Assembly: GCA_963840035.1 (NCBI GenBank)
Contig: CAWIXE010000002.1
Span: 1,152,001-1,216,000 of the forward strand
DNA length: 64,000 nucleotides
DNA from: a candidate division FCPU426 bacterium
GTDB taxonomy: Bacteria > Oederibacteriota > PGYV01 > Palsa-1178
Direction of reading: 5' to 3'
Positions 27,536 to 38,513 of this stretch are shown here, piece by piece (within the stretch, counting starts at the first letter, position 1; each line of letters starts with the position of its first letter). The notes under the pieces are model-generated. The model was not told where the DNA came from. It did not search any database and saw nothing but the letters and a program-made list of their open reading frames with translations. The translations under genes and the position numbers were made by a program.

Positions 27536-28606
27536 TTAAAACTTGCCGTGCCTTTCAAGCAAATCAACCATGGCGCGAAGTGATGACGACACCTCTCCGG
27601 GTTCCAGGTCCTGCACTATCTTTAATGAATAATCCTCCGAGAACAAAACCGCCGCAAGCCCCCCGGCGCGCCTCTTTTTGTCCTTTTTCATGGCCCCGGT
27701 TATCGTGTCCGCGTCAAACCACTGTTTTTCAAGTTTCACAGATACGAAATTAAGGCAAATCTTCTCTATACGTTCCTTAAGCGCCTCTCCGAGCATCTTT
27801 CTTCCGGCTGACACGCTGTTGGCCACCATGAGCCCGAGGTTTACCGCCTGCCCGTGCGGCACGGCATAACCGCTCACCGATTCAAACGCGTGGCCGAAAG
27901 TATGGGCGAAGTTAAGCAGGTTCCTGACGCCCCTGTCAAATTCGTCCTCTTCTATGAATTTTTTCTTGAACTCAAGGGAGCGCCCCACAAAAAAGGAAAG
28001 CGCCTCCGTGTCCCTTTTAAGGATCTTTTCCAGGTTCTGCTCGAGCAGCGGAAGGCCGTCCGCGGCGGACATAATGTTGAACTTGGCCACCTCGCCCATG
28101 CCGCTTAAGTAATCGTCCTCAGTCAGGGTCCTGACAAAGTCAAGCCAGATATATATTTTTTCAGGCGCGTAGAAAGTCCCAAGTATGTTCTTGAAAGAAA
28201 GGAAATTAAGCGACGTCTTCCCGCCTATGCAGCTGTCGCACTGTGCCAGCAGTGTCGTAGGGACGTATTCCCACTTAACCCCCCTGTTGTAAATGTTTGC
28301 GGCAAATCCTGTGACATCCTGCACTATCCCGCCGCCCACCGATATCATGGTGCCGTTCCTTTTGAACGACCTTTTTGCCATATCCGCGCACATTGCGAGG
28401 GCGGATTCTATGTTTTTATTGCTTTCAACCGCGTCAAAAAGCACGACGTCAGATTCAGCCGCGCCCTTAAAAAAGCTATCGCGGTACAGGGCGAAAACCT
28501 TCCTGTCCGCGACAACATACGTCTCTTTGCCTTCCGCGATTTCCCTCAGGCTTATGGGTCCGGTTATCCGCGTTTCATACGTTCCCATGTGAGATTTTAT
28601 AATCAT
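27536..28606 (-). CDS. 3-dehydroquinate synthase-like sugar-phosphate cyclase (AroB-related)
   Basis: ESNKN, GGGIVQDVTGF, PTTLLAQCDSCIGGKT, KNILGTFY, GEVAK, LNFAHTFGHAFE, HGQAV. It sits in a sugar-biosynthesis context rather than a shikimate operon. Confidence 0.85.
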   Translation of the reverse strand: MIIKSHMGTYETRITGPISLREIAEGKETYVVADRKVFALYRDSFFKGAAESDVVLFDAVESNKNIESALAMCADMAKRSFKRNGTMISVGGGIVQDVTGFAANIYNRGVKWEYVPTTLLAQCDSCIGGKTSLNFLSFKNILGTFYAPEKIYIWLDFVRTLTEDDYLSGMGEVAKFNIMSAADGLPLLEQNLEKILKRDTEALSFFVGRSLEFKKKFIEEDEFDRGVRNLLNFAHTFGHAFESVSGYAVPHGQAVNLGLMVANSVSAGRKMLGEALKERIEKICLNFVSVKLEKQWFDADTITGAMKKDKKRRAGGLAAVLFSEDYSLKIVQDLEPGEVSSSLRAMVDLLERHGKF

Positions 28607-29268
28607 TTCGAGCAGAATCCCCCGTCAACCACGATCTTTTGGCCGGTAATATAAGTATTTTCATCCGACCCGAGGAAGTAAATAACGGAGGCAATTTCCT
28701 CCGGTTCCGCCATCCTTCCGGCGGGGATGTCCGCGCATATGCGGTCGATTTCCTGCTGTGTATTATTTTTTTTCGTCAGCTCGGTATTTGTAAAACCGGG
28801 GCATACGGTATTGACAAGTATCCCGTAACCCGCGAGCTCAATCGCGAGCGTATTTGTAACGCCGTGAAGCCCGTTCTTGGACGCGCTGTAAACAAGCCTG
28901 CCGGGCTTTGATACCACAGCCCATATGGACCCGACATTGACTATCCTTCCGTATTTATTTGACTTCATGGAAGCTGCGAATCCCCTTATGAGCTTTATGG
29001 GGCCAATCAGATTTATATTGAGGGTCCTTTGTATCTCCCCGTCCGTTATATCCTCAAGCAGTTTAATGTCATTTACGCCGGCGTTATTTATGACAGCGTC
29101 AAAATGTTTTGTCTTATGCTTCTCGATAAAACCGCTTATGGACGCGTCGCTGTTAAGGTCGAGTTCGGCCGATGACGGCGCCGTCACTTCATAACCCTTA
29201 TCCCTGTATAAAACCGCCACGGCTTTTCCTATGCCCCGGCTCCCTCCCGTAATCAGAACGCTTTTCAA
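28603..29268 (-). CDS. Short-chain dehydrogenase/reductase
   Basis: TGGSRGIG, NNAG, YSASK, PGFTNT, ITGQKIVVDGG. Confidence 0.92.
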   Translation of the reverse strand: MKSVLITGGSRGIGKAVAVLYRDKGYEVTAPSSAELDLNSDASISGFIEKHKTKHFDAVINNAGVNDIKLLEDITDGEIQRTLNINLIGPIKLIRGFAASMKSNKYGRIVNVGSIWAVVSKPGRLVYSASKNGLHGVTNTLAIELAGYGILVNTVCPGFTNTELTKKNNTQQEIDRICADIPAGRMAEPEEIASVIYFLGSDENTYITGQKIVVDGGFCSK

Positions 29269-29289
29269 AACCAGTCCCCTTTCGCGGCG

Positions 29290-30891
29290 TTATAAGTATG
29301 CCGTGGGTGTAATGAATTCCATTTTTATTACAGCGGATAATTCCTTCACTTTGGAGCGTATCAGCTCATTCCTGAGCATCACATTGTCGGCGCAGTAAAG
29401 ATATTTCATATAATCGTCGTAATAGTTCTCGGAATTCGTTTCGGTATATCCGTCAAACCCCGCTAGCATGACATTTTCAACCTTCATTTTTACCAGCATC
29501 TTAAGCATCATCAGCATGGGGTTGTCCCTGACAGCCTCTTCCTTCGAAATAAGCGAGTTAAAGTTAAATAAATAATCTATGGACTTATTCGCCTCGGAAA
29601 CATTCGATGTGCATACGACCTTTGCCGGCGGCGCCAGCTTCAGGACCTCGTCGAAGAACTGGCTGTAGCGCTTCGCGTTCCCGAAAAACAGGACATCGGG
29701 CCTGTATTTATCCGTGACAAAATTGACTGCAACCACAAGGGCTTTTTTATCCCTGATGCACGCGTCAATCCTGCCCTTATCCCTGATAATCGACCCGCCC
29801 GGCGCCAGCAGAAGGATGTTCCTGCCCTTAAGCTCCACAGCGAATTTTTCGTATGCTTCCGCGTCATCCACCTTAACATTCTGGTATTCCTCATACATCT
29901 TTTCTATCAGGTCCTTGTTGAAGGTAAGCCTGATCTTGGCGTCAATTTTCGGCAGTATCTCGTTTATCGATTTCACGGAGAGGGTCTTTTTGGCTATGAG
30001 CGTCTTTACAAAATCAGGGTGGCAGTCGTTTGAGGCGGCTATATAATGCATGAGCGAGTATCCCCAGTACTTTTTCTCGTACTCTTTCATGATATCCACG
30101 TCAATTGCTTCCAGCAGCTGGTTGGCGTCATATTTCGCGGCGCCATACCTGTTTAAATACATCGCTAAAAGTTCGCTGTTCGCGTTTCCCGCGCCTTTTC
30201 CCATGCCGTATAACGAGCCGTCAAGGATCAGGTTCCTTTCCGAGACATGTTCTATGAGCTCGACGCAGTTGGCGTAGGCAAGCTGGAAATTATTATGCGA
30301 ATGGTATCCGATATTTATGGACTTCTTGAGTTTCTTATCCATGAGTTCAAAATAGTGTACGAGCTGCTTTTTGTGCATGAGCCCGTAGGTATCCACCACC
30401 GATATGGTATATGGCTCGAGCGCATTCACGTCGTCAAGCAGCCCGGACATCTCATCATCGGAATAGCTTGTGACTGAAACCGGGTTGACCGATATCATGT
30501 ACCCTTTTGCCTTTAAAAGCGAACAGAATTGAAGGGCTTCCTTATATTCCTTTTTCTTGAATATTACCCTGATGCCGTCAATGCGGGTAGCGGACCGCGG
30601 TTCTATGGCTTCTATGCCGCATGTCCCGAAATCTATCATGGCGAATATCATCGAATTTTTCAGCCCGACATTTTCCATAAGCGGCCTGAAAGAAGTGGTA
30701 TCGGGCTGTATGGAACGGTTCGGGTCGAATTGGCGCCTCGAATCCAGGAAGCCTATCTCCACCATGTCAATCCCGGCCTTATCCAGCCTTCCGATGATGC
30801 TTTTCATGCTTCCCATGCCAAAATTCCAGTCGTTTACAAACCCGCCGTCGCGCAGCGTGCAGTCAAGAATGCTTATTTTTCTCATATCCAC
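29290..30891 (-). CDS. DRE-TIM metallolyase (4-hydroxy-2-oxovalerate aldolase-like) with C-terminal extension
   Basis: LDCTLRDGG, DTYG, YHSHNNFQLAYAN, DGSLYGMGKGAGN; C-terminal domain ending LAGFDGY. Confidence 0.82.
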   Translation of the reverse strand: MDMRKISILDCTLRDGGFVNDWNFGMGSMKSIIGRLDKAGIDMVEIGFLDSRRQFDPNRSIQPDTTSFRPLMENVGLKNSMIFAMIDFGTCGIEAIEPRSATRIDGIRVIFKKKEYKEALQFCSLLKAKGYMISVNPVSVTSYSDDEMSGLLDDVNALEPYTISVVDTYGLMHKKQLVHYFELMDKKLKKSINIGYHSHNNFQLAYANCVELIEHVSERNLILDGSLYGMGKGAGNANSELLAMYLNRYGAAKYDANQLLEAIDVDIMKEYEKKYWGYSLMHYIAASNDCHPDFVKTLIAKKTLSVKSINEILPKIDAKIRLTFNKDLIEKMYEEYQNVKVDDAEAYEKFAVELKGRNILLLAPGGSIIRDKGRIDACIRDKKALVVAVNFVTDKYRPDVLFFGNAKRYSQFFDEVLKLAPPAKVVCTSNVSEANKSIDYLFNFNSLISKEEAVRDNPMLMMLKMLVKMKVENVMLAGFDGYTETNSENYYDDYMKYLYCADNVMLRNELIRSKVKELSAVIKMEFITPTAYL

Positions 30892-30929
30892 CCCTGTTTA
30901 TGTTTGCGGTATCCTTAAAAAAATGCCCG

Positions 30930-33578
30930 TTATTTTTTCCCTGTCCTGATGCCTAATTTAGGCGCCACCACACCGAATGTTTCATTCATTTGTTCAGGTG
31001 TGACAATGTCCCCGCCAATTTTAAGCTCGTATATGCCGCCCTTAAAGCCGCCGTTTAATTCAGGCATCCTGAAGGGTTCTATAGCGGAGGATATTACCGC
31101 GTCAAGGTCAAAGAGCAGCTTATTATTTTCATAAAACGACACCTTCCCGTTGTCGTAGTTCATGACTATATAGGCCCACTTCCATGGCTCGAGATAAAAT
31201 TCCGGCGATTCCTTTAATTCCGTCCCGGAACCGCAGAATATCTTATAGTAGTTTTTCTTCTGGCTGGCCGCTATCCTGAATCCCGACAGGTCGCAGTTAT
31301 TCCCGATCATCTGGACATTCTTAAACTCGTCATCCGTTGGGATAACGACAGCCTGAACAGAAAACCTGCCCGCAGTTTTCAGGTATTTATTTGTGTTCCC
31401 TATGAAATTCGGCCCGGGTTTCCCTGTTTTATCGATCATGGTATATACAAGCCCTTTGCGCTGTTTTACATGCAGCAATGAGCCCGCGTTGTCAAAAAGA
31501 AGTTCCGGGACCTCGTTTTCAGGGTACTTTTCATACACTTCCACTAAGGTGCCGGGGAAAACTCCGTCCAGGGTGTACAGGCTGCTGAACTGCATCTGAA
31601 AATGGTTCACATATTCGCCGCCGTCAGTGCGGTCCCATATTATGGTTTTCCCGCCATTTCCGGGATCGCGCAGGTACTTTTTTACTATGTCTATGTATTT
31701 GCTTTCGTCAACACCAAACTCCCAGCTGCCGGGTATCTTAAGTGGGTTTACCGCGCCCGTATCGGCATAGATGCAGGCCTGATTGAATGAAATCACATAG
31801 ACCTGTTCCCCTTTTTTAAAATATGGCTTTAAAAACCTGTGATAGCTGTACCCCGTCCTGAACGCCGGCGTAAGTTTCGCAAAAAATCCCGAAGGCGAGG
31901 ATTTCATAAGGTGCTTGAAAAGGTTTGGGAGCGGGGCCGCGAAAAACACTATGATCAGGATGAACGAGAGCATCCTTCCCGGGATATATGTCTGGTCGCG
32001 GAGCATGGTTTCAGTTTCATAAAGTATGTTGTCGGCAAGCATAGCCGCGATGATTAAAGGCGCGTACAGCACCGGAATCAGGCAATGATCATGGCTCCTG
32101 CCGTTGTAATAAGCGAATATTGTGACGCCTAGCGCGGAGACCAGAAACATTACGGTATGCATGTAGCTGCTCATATCGCTTTTTTTCCGGAACAGACCTC
32201 CGAGCGATACGGCAAATCCAGCGGCAATCATAACAGCCGCGAGGTTCCACTGGTGGAAAAGCGGCATTTTAATGGATAAGAAGTCATTAAAGTAGAACAT
32301 TTGCTGGTACTTAAGCAGCTCCATGAAATTCGGGAATATTCCCCTCCTTAAAAAAACCAGGGCCCCGAAGATCACAAATGCCAGAACCGCAATTACGGCG
32401 AAATTCAGCGCGTGAAACGCGAATTGCCTGAGCACGCTTTTATAAAAGTCGCGGGTTTTAATGTATTTCTGGATGTCTGAGAATACAAGCGCCGCGCCCC
32501 ATGAAAAAAGCGCCATAATTCCGGTATCGGGATTCCACAGTATGCCGAATGACAGCAGGACCGTAATAACATAATACAAAGAAGTCTTCCTGTTCTTAAA
32601 GTATATGGCGCCGAGGAACAATAACAGGACAGGAACAATAACCCTCAGCGGCAAATACTGAAAATATTCAGCTCCGGCAAAATCAACCGCGAAAGCCACG
32701 TAACTGTAGAAAAATACCGACATGGCGGCAATGAACGCCAGCAGCCTGTTTTTGAGGACGCCGCGCAAAAAATAATATATCAGTATAAAGCACGCGCATA
32801 TCAATGAATGCATTACAAATTCAAGGTTCCACAGCTGCTCATTGCCCATGAGCCGGAATATCGGCTCAAGAAAATGGCCGTATAACCCGTACTGGACGGG
32901 AAAATCCACAAGGGCCGCCCGCCCGTTCATAATCTGCGTAATGGAATAAAAGAACGCGTTTAAATTACCCGGGGCGCCGACAACGGTAAATTTCTCATAG
33001 GAAGCCCCCACAATAATTATAATGGCAAGAAAATCAAGAAAATAACCGAAGTACTTCATTTTTATCCTGGAAATTACCGACTTTATCTCATCAACAAAAG
33101 CCGTAAAAAACACAAGCGAAAAAAGGCACGCTATTGGCACAAAAACAAGCGGGTGCAAATGCAGCTCGGTGCCGTATATATAGTTATATTCCGAATCCCG
33201 CATCTTCAGGCCAAATACCTTTATGGTTAATATGATCACCACGGCCGCAGTCAAACCGGCGGCAATCTGCGCGAGGAGGTTATACCTGGCGCCGCTTATC
33301 TTATCCGAAAACTTATCGGCAGCCGACCTGAATGCCAGAAAAAACGCGGGTATAAAAAAAGCGCTTAAAATATAGATCGTCTTATCCGACGCGTCGGAAT
33401 TAAAAAAAGCTGCCGACGGGTTTGACTTTAAGATGACTACAAACAGCAGGTATGACAGCGCCCATGCCAGAACCACAAGGGAAACAGCAAGAAATATGGA
33501 AACCGCGTCGAGAAAATAATATTTTTTCAGTACGTCCGCTTCTTTTTGCGCCATCACCGGCTTTTCGATTTTATTCAT
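30930..33578 (-). CDS. Large polytopic membrane protein (probable GT-C fold) with a LamG-like C-terminal domain
   Basis: About 13 TM helices, DFPVQYGLY and WNPDTG motifs; C-terminus W.YIVMNYDNGKVSFYENNKL...FKGGIYELKI (LamG-like); GGGAGG RBS before ATG 33578. Confidence 0.6.
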   Translation of the reverse strand: MNKIEKPVMAQKEADVLKKYYFLDAVSIFLAVSLVVLAWALSYLLFVVILKSNPSAAFFNSDASDKTIYILSAFFIPAFFLAFRSAADKFSDKISGARYNLLAQIAAGLTAAVVIILTIKVFGLKMRDSEYNYIYGTELHLHPLVFVPIACLFSLVFFTAFVDEIKSVISRIKMKYFGYFLDFLAIIIIVGASYEKFTVVGAPGNLNAFFYSITQIMNGRAALVDFPVQYGLYGHFLEPIFRLMGNEQLWNLEFVMHSLICACFILIYYFLRGVLKNRLLAFIAAMSVFFYSYVAFAVDFAGAEYFQYLPLRVIVPVLLLFLGAIYFKNRKTSLYYVITVLLSFGILWNPDTGIMALFSWGAALVFSDIQKYIKTRDFYKSVLRQFAFHALNFAVIAVLAFVIFGALVFLRRGIFPNFMELLKYQQMFYFNDFLSIKMPLFHQWNLAAVMIAAGFAVSLGGLFRKKSDMSSYMHTVMFLVSALGVTIFAYYNGRSHDHCLIPVLYAPLIIAAMLADNILYETETMLRDQTYIPGRMLSFILIIVFFAAPLPNLFKHLMKSSPSGFFAKLTPAFRTGYSYHRFLKPYFKKGEQVYVISFNQACIYADTGAVNPLKIPGSWEFGVDESKYIDIVKKYLRDPGNGGKTIIWDRTDGGEYVNHFQMQFSSLYTLDGVFPGTLVEVYEKYPENEVPELLFDNAGSLLHVKQRKGLVYTMIDKTGKPGPNFIGNTNKYLKTAGRFSVQAVVIPTDDEFKNVQMIGNNCDLSGFRIAASQKKNYYKIFCGSGTELKESPEFYLEPWKWAYIVMNYDNGKVSFYENNKLLFDLDAVISSAIEPFRMPELNGGFKGGIYELKIGGDIVTPEQMNETFGVVAPKLGIRTGKK

Positions 33579-33743
33579 GGTCCTCCCGAAAACAAACATC
33601 AATTTTATTTGAAACATTCATCCGCTTAAACGGCACGGCTTTTACACGCGCAATTGCCTGATATATACCTATAAAGTATGGTAATTATCTCATTTTTGCT
33701 TTTTTATATCAAGCCAATATTAAACCCGGGAGGGGCCTCTTTT

Positions 33744-35540
33744 TTACCGGAATTTGTTCTCTTCCATTTCTTTTTCCGGCAGGAACGGATACATATCGTG
33801 CAATGGCGCTGACTGCATCTTACCGTCCGGCAGGATCTTTGAGGATGACTTTGGCGCGAAATTCTGCCTTCCGTCCACAACCACCTCGCATAATACCGGC
33901 CCTTTTTCGCCCAACGCCGCCTCTATTTCCGCTTCCATGGCTGTTTCAGAGCTGATTTTTATATACTTCATGGAGTTTGCTGCGGCAATAAGCGAAAAAT
34001 CAGGGAAACCGAGCCCGCTTTCCCTGCCAATGCCGGCAAACCTTTTATTAAAAAAGTTCTCCTGTGTCTGCCTTATGGACAGGTAGCCGCCGTTATTTAT
34101 GATAAAAACCTTCACCGGAAAACGGTTGTACGACAGCGTCTGAAGTTCCTGGATGTTCATCATGATACTTCCATCCCCTTCCACGCATATCACCTGCCTG
34201 CCGTCTCCTGCCGCGCACGCGCCTATGGACGCCGGCAGGCCATAGCCCATGGAAGCGCACCCGCTGTTCGTAAAAAGCCGCTGGCCCTTTTTTATTACAG
34301 CGGTCTGAAATGAAATTACGCAGGCGGAGCCGTTTGCCGTAACCGTCACCTGCCCCTCGGGGAGCCTGCGGTATAATTTATCAAGGAAAATATAGGGATT
34401 TAGGGCATTTTCATGCCTTACCGCCTCATTTATAACCGGGTATTTTTTATTTATGGCGCCGCACCAGCTGAGCCACCTGTCGTGTCCCGGCGACGCTTTC
34501 CTGTATCCGCTGGCTATCATCTTTGAGAGGAAATCCCCGCAGTCGCACAATACCGGCATGTCAACTGGAAAAGTTTGCTTTTTAAGTTCAGCTTCGTCTA
34601 TGTCTATCATTATCTTATAGGCCCCTGGCGCTATCTGCCCTTTGGCGTAACCGATCTGCCTTAAGTTCATCCTGCAGCCGATAACGAGCAGGAGGTCCGC
34701 ATTCTGAAAAACAAAATTCCCGCCCCTTGTCCCCACCGTCCCGGGCCGCCCGGCGTAAAGCGGGTTAGAATCTTCCACAAGGTCATTGGAGTTCCACGCC
34801 GTCATGACCGGTATGTTTGAGAGCCTGACGAATTCGTTGAACTTGTTAAATGCGCCGCTTAACCTCACGCCCGCGCCGGCTATAATGGCAGGGCGCTTCG
34901 CGGCGTCCAGTTTTTTTATGATCTCATCCAGGCGCTCCCGCGTGAGCTCCGCCGGCACCTGTGAAGAATCTTCAGCACGGTCATATGCCGCAAGCGCGCC
35001 GGTTTCCACCGGAGCTGCCTGCACATCCAGCGGGATATCCACCCACACCGGGCCCGGCCTGCCGTTTTTGGCAATAAACAGCGCTTTTTCAAGGTGGTAT
35101 CCTATGGTTATAGGGTCGGTAACCATTACGGAATATTTTGTCATGGTCTTAACCGTGTCAGTGATGTTAAATTCCTGGTCGCCCAGCTGCCTTAATCCGA
35201 TTTCCGGGACAGACTTTATGGTTGCCTCAAATTTCACCTGACCAGAAATTACCAGCATGGGCACTGAATCCAGCCACGCCCCCAGAACTCCGGTTAAAGC
35301 ATTTGTCCCGCCCGGCCCCGTGGTCACGCACACAAGAGGCATAATGCCCGAAGCTTTATAATAACCTTCCGCCGCGATTGCCGCGGCCTGTTCATGATGG
35401 GTATATACGCATTTTAACCCCGGATGGTTTCCCAGCGCGTCATTTAAGTGCATGGCGCCGCCCCCGGTTACCGTAAAAACATGTTTAATACCTTTTTCGA
35501 CGCACCATTGCGCTATGTAATCAGCGGTCTTAATTTTCAT
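33744..35540 (-). CDS. Thiamine-diphosphate-dependent enzyme (acetolactate synthase-like; YerE-type candidate)
   Basis: VTGGGAMHLND, HHEQAAA, TTGPGGTN, GRPGPVWVDIPLD, SMGYGLP, GDGS..MN.QEL...NN ThDP motif. Confidence 0.9.
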   Translation of the reverse strand: MKIKTADYIAQWCVEKGIKHVFTVTGGGAMHLNDALGNHPGLKCVYTHHEQAAAIAAEGYYKASGIMPLVCVTTGPGGTNALTGVLGAWLDSVPMLVISGQVKFEATIKSVPEIGLRQLGDQEFNITDTVKTMTKYSVMVTDPITIGYHLEKALFIAKNGRPGPVWVDIPLDVQAAPVETGALAAYDRAEDSSQVPAELTRERLDEIIKKLDAAKRPAIIAGAGVRLSGAFNKFNEFVRLSNIPVMTAWNSNDLVEDSNPLYAGRPGTVGTRGGNFVFQNADLLLVIGCRMNLRQIGYAKGQIAPGAYKIMIDIDEAELKKQTFPVDMPVLCDCGDFLSKMIASGYRKASPGHDRWLSWCGAINKKYPVINEAVRHENALNPYIFLDKLYRRLPEGQVTVTANGSACVISFQTAVIKKGQRLFTNSGCASMGYGLPASIGACAAGDGRQVICVEGDGSIMMNIQELQTLSYNRFPVKVFIINNGGYLSIRQTQENFFNKRFAGIGRESGLGFPDFSLIAAANSMKYIKISSETAMEAEIEAALGEKGPVLCEVVVDGRQNFAPKSSSKILPDGKMQSAPLHDMYPFLPEKEMEENKFR

Positions 35541-35569
35541 TTAATTATCTCCTCATTAAAAATTCGGGT

Positions 35570-37264
35570 TCAGGATTTTGCCCGGGGTTTTTCCTTGCCC
35601 GTGATGCCTGACGCCATAAGCAGCAACAGGAATACGGTCATGAGCACAGGCCGGACTATGCCGTCCTGCCCGACTACAGCCCTTAAGATGTAATATCTGC
35701 CGGGAATCATTATCAATGCGAATAATAAAGCGTAAAATATATCAAGCCGGCTTTTCCCTTTATGCGCCACGAACAATAAAAGCGGTAAAACAAGGGCGAT
35801 GAGCCCGCAATCGTTTGAAATAAACGGCAGCAGTATCGCCGCGAGCAAAAAAACCGTTATTTTCTCCCAGACCGGGCGCGAAGCGGCCCTGAAGGCATAT
35901 ATCAGTACCATGGCAAAAAGGCAAACCGCGATGTATGGATAAGCGGTAAAAAGAGACATGACCGGGATTTTGGCCCCGGACAATATCAGTAATTCTTTCA
36001 AAGCGCTGTAAAGGCTGGAGCTGTAATACCCTCCCTGGTCGCCTATGACAGACCGTACATTGTAAGCAAGCGCGGGGTTCAGGTAATTATCATAAACGGC
36101 TTTATAAAGCGCCCCGCCCTTAGCGGCCAGAAGTATCAGGGCCGCGGCCGCGGGCAGATATTTTAAATATTTTCCGTATTTTTTTAATAAGGTATTTTTC
36201 CAGTTTTCAAGCGCTGCAAAAAAAGCCTCCGCGTCCTTCTTTTCATAAACAACGGCCTCAACCAGGCGCCGGAAAAAGAAAAACAGGGCAATACAGGCCG
36301 CAAAAAACAAAAGCAGCAGCAGATTAAAGCCGTCTGTCGCCGTGCCTGCCGTCGGATAAATGATCCGCTTTAAAACGGCGCCCAGCTGCCAGCCGGCGCC
36401 TATAAAAAGAGCCAGTGAAAAAACTTCCCTGTACTTCTTTTCGCTTAAAAACAGCAGTATGGGGACGATTGCATAAACAGGCTGACAGAGGGCCGCAACC
36501 GCGAAAACAGCGGAGCTTAAAATAAATTTTTTGCCCATAAAGAGCATCATGGCAAGCGTCAGCAGGATGAAGGCATACATTTCATGATTTCCCCTGTCTA
36601 TGTTAAAAAGGAACGGGTAAGTAAAGAAAGATATTATCAGGGCATGAATAAAAGCCTCATTTTTCAGACCTTCAATCCCCTTTATAAATGAATACGCAAA
36701 AACAAGAAGCCCAATAGCAAAGACAAGCCCGTATACCGCATAAGCGGCGCCGGCGTTATTACGGAAAAACTGCCATAAGACTGCGTAAATAAGATTGTCA
36801 GGGTTGTTCATCCAAGGCTGGTATTCCCCCCGGAAATTAACGGTAAAAGCCATATAATAGTTGTTAAAATCGCTGAACTTCTCAGCCGGGTTGGATAAAA
36901 AAGTGCTGTCCGGGTAAGGTTTTGGCCAGTATATAAAAGCGCAGTAAGTATATGCTGCGGCAGCGATAAACCCAATAAGCACAATCGCGCTAATCACGCG
37001 CGCTTTATCAGCGCCAGTGATTATCTTATTATGATAAGACGCGTACACATATAAAATAAAAAGACAAACCAGGTATATAAGATTGATTCTCACAACGCCC
37101 GAAAAAACAATGGAACCCGGAATCAATGAATTAATAACGAGGAGGGCTGATATCCCGGCAATTACGACCCCCCATTTTATATCAAAATCGGGTATAAACC
37201 AGCCCGGAGTTTTCTTGATTGGCGCCTGTGTTTTTATAGCTTTTTTATTTTTTGCGATAGCCAT
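35570..37264 (-). CDS. GT87/DUF2029-like membrane glycosyltransferase
   Basis: Polytopic; TFL..P.EKFSDF, TYPFLFNIDRGNHE, SSLY.ALKE; paralog of 47619-49277. Confidence 0.65.
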   Translation of the reverse strand: MAIAKNKKAIKTQAPIKKTPGWFIPDFDIKWGVVIAGISALLVINSLIPGSIVFSGVVRINLIYLVCLFILYVYASYHNKIITGADKARVISAIVLIGFIAAAAYTYCAFIYWPKPYPDSTFLSNPAEKFSDFNNYYMAFTVNFRGEYQPWMNNPDNLIYAVLWQFFRNNAGAAYAVYGLVFAIGLLVFAYSFIKGIEGLKNEAFIHALIISFFTYPFLFNIDRGNHEMYAFILLTLAMMLFMGKKFILSSAVFAVAALCQPVYAIVPILLFLSEKKYREVFSLALFIGAGWQLGAVLKRIIYPTAGTATDGFNLLLLLFFAACIALFFFFRRLVEAVVYEKKDAEAFFAALENWKNTLLKKYGKYLKYLPAAAALILLAAKGGALYKAVYDNYLNPALAYNVRSVIGDQGGYYSSSLYSALKELLILSGAKIPVMSLFTAYPYIAVCLFAMVLIYAFRAASRPVWEKITVFLLAAILLPFISNDCGLIALVLPLLLFVAHKGKSRLDIFYALLFALIMIPGRYYILRAVVGQDGIVRPVLMTVFLLLLMASGITGKEKPRAKS

Positions 37265-37465
37265 ATCACTCCCGTTAGTTTATTGCGTGTTTAATCAAAA
37301 AAAACTGCGGCAAAACGCGCCATAAATCAATACATTTTATAATAACGCCTGATTAATATCAACCGCAAACAAAACCGCATAAATCGCGGCCTTATGGGGA
37401 TATCAGGGCGCGTATAAGCGCAAAACATAAAAATCAAAAATAAAAATCACCGGGCACATTTCGCC

Positions 37466-38473
37466 CTAAATTTTATCCTTACCTGAAGACCTTATCCATT
37501 CAACAAATTTCCCCAAACCGGTTTCAATGGCCGTGGAAGGTTTAAACCCAGTGTCTTTTACAAGGTCATCTATGTCAGCAAAAGTCTTATACACATCGCC
37601 TTTCTGCATTGGGCAGAACTCAATTACCGCTTTTTTCCCAAGACAAACCTCAAGGATGCCGATAAAGTCAGTCAATTTTACAGGCTTGTTATTCCCTATG
37701 TTATAAATCTTGTATGGTATATCCTGTTTGGAAAGCGCGGCTGACTTTTCAATAACCGCAAGAACGCCGGATACTATATCATCGATATACGTGAAATCCC
37801 TGTACATATCGCCGTTATTAAAGACCCTGATAGGCTTGCCCTTTAAAATATCCATGGTGAAATTATAATAAGCCATGTCGGGCCTGCCATATGGCCCGTA
37901 AACCGTAAAAAAACGCAACCCGGTTGAAGGAAACTTGAAAAGGCTGCTGTAGGCGTGCGCCATTAACTCATCAGCTTTTTTTGTGGCGCCATACAGGCTG
38001 ACCGGAGAATCTGTCTTATCCCCGGTGGAGAATGGCACCTTAGTGTTTGCCCCATAGACCGAACTTGAGGAAGCGAAAACAAGGTGCTTAACCGCGTTAT
38101 GCCTGCAGGCTTCCAGTATGTTAAGAAATCCGTTTATGTTTGAATTAACATATAGGTCCGGATTATCAAGGCTGTGCCTGACCCCTGCCTGTGCCGCAAG
38201 ATGCACAACAATATCCGTTTTATGTTTTTTTATAACTCCGAATAATTTTGTCTTATCCTCCAGGCTTCCCTTATAAAAAGTAAAATTCGGGTATGTTTTA
38301 AGTATTTTTAACCTGCTTATTTTAAGTCCGGTGTCATAGTAATCGTTGATATTATCGAAGCCAATTACATCAGCGCCCTTTTCAAGCAGCGCCTTTGAGA
38401 CGTGCATCCCGATAAATCCCGCAGCCCCTGTAACGAGGTAACCTGAACCTGCCGACTTCAGTTTTTTTCCCAA
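37466..38473 (-). CDS. NAD-dependent epimerase, UDP-glucuronate 4-epimerase type
   Basis: VTGAAGFIG, DNINDYYD, HLAAQAGVRHS, SLYGATKKADE, RFFTVYGPYGRPDMA, QKGDV. Confidence 0.92.
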   Translation of the reverse strand: MGKKLKSAGSGYLVTGAAGFIGMHVSKALLEKGADVIGFDNINDYYDTGLKISRLKILKTYPNFTFYKGSLEDKTKLFGVIKKHKTDIVVHLAAQAGVRHSLDNPDLYVNSNINGFLNILEACRHNAVKHLVFASSSSVYGANTKVPFSTGDKTDSPVSLYGATKKADELMAHAYSSLFKFPSTGLRFFTVYGPYGRPDMAYYNFTMDILKGKPIRVFNNGDMYRDFTYIDDIVSGVLAVIEKSAALSKQDIPYKIYNIGNNKPVKLTDFIGILEVCLGKKAVIEFCPMQKGDVYKTFADIDDLVKDTGFKPSTAIETGLGKFVEWIRSSGKDKI

Positions 38474-38513
38474 TTCGCCTGCCCCCGCTGTATTTTTTTT
38501 ATTATATCATAAA

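Noticed and set aside
27536..28606. Assigning the symbol aroB (and ilvB to 33744-35540)
   Set aside because: Family membership is clear, but the sugar-locus context and the absence of aro/ilv partner genes argue against housekeeping roles.
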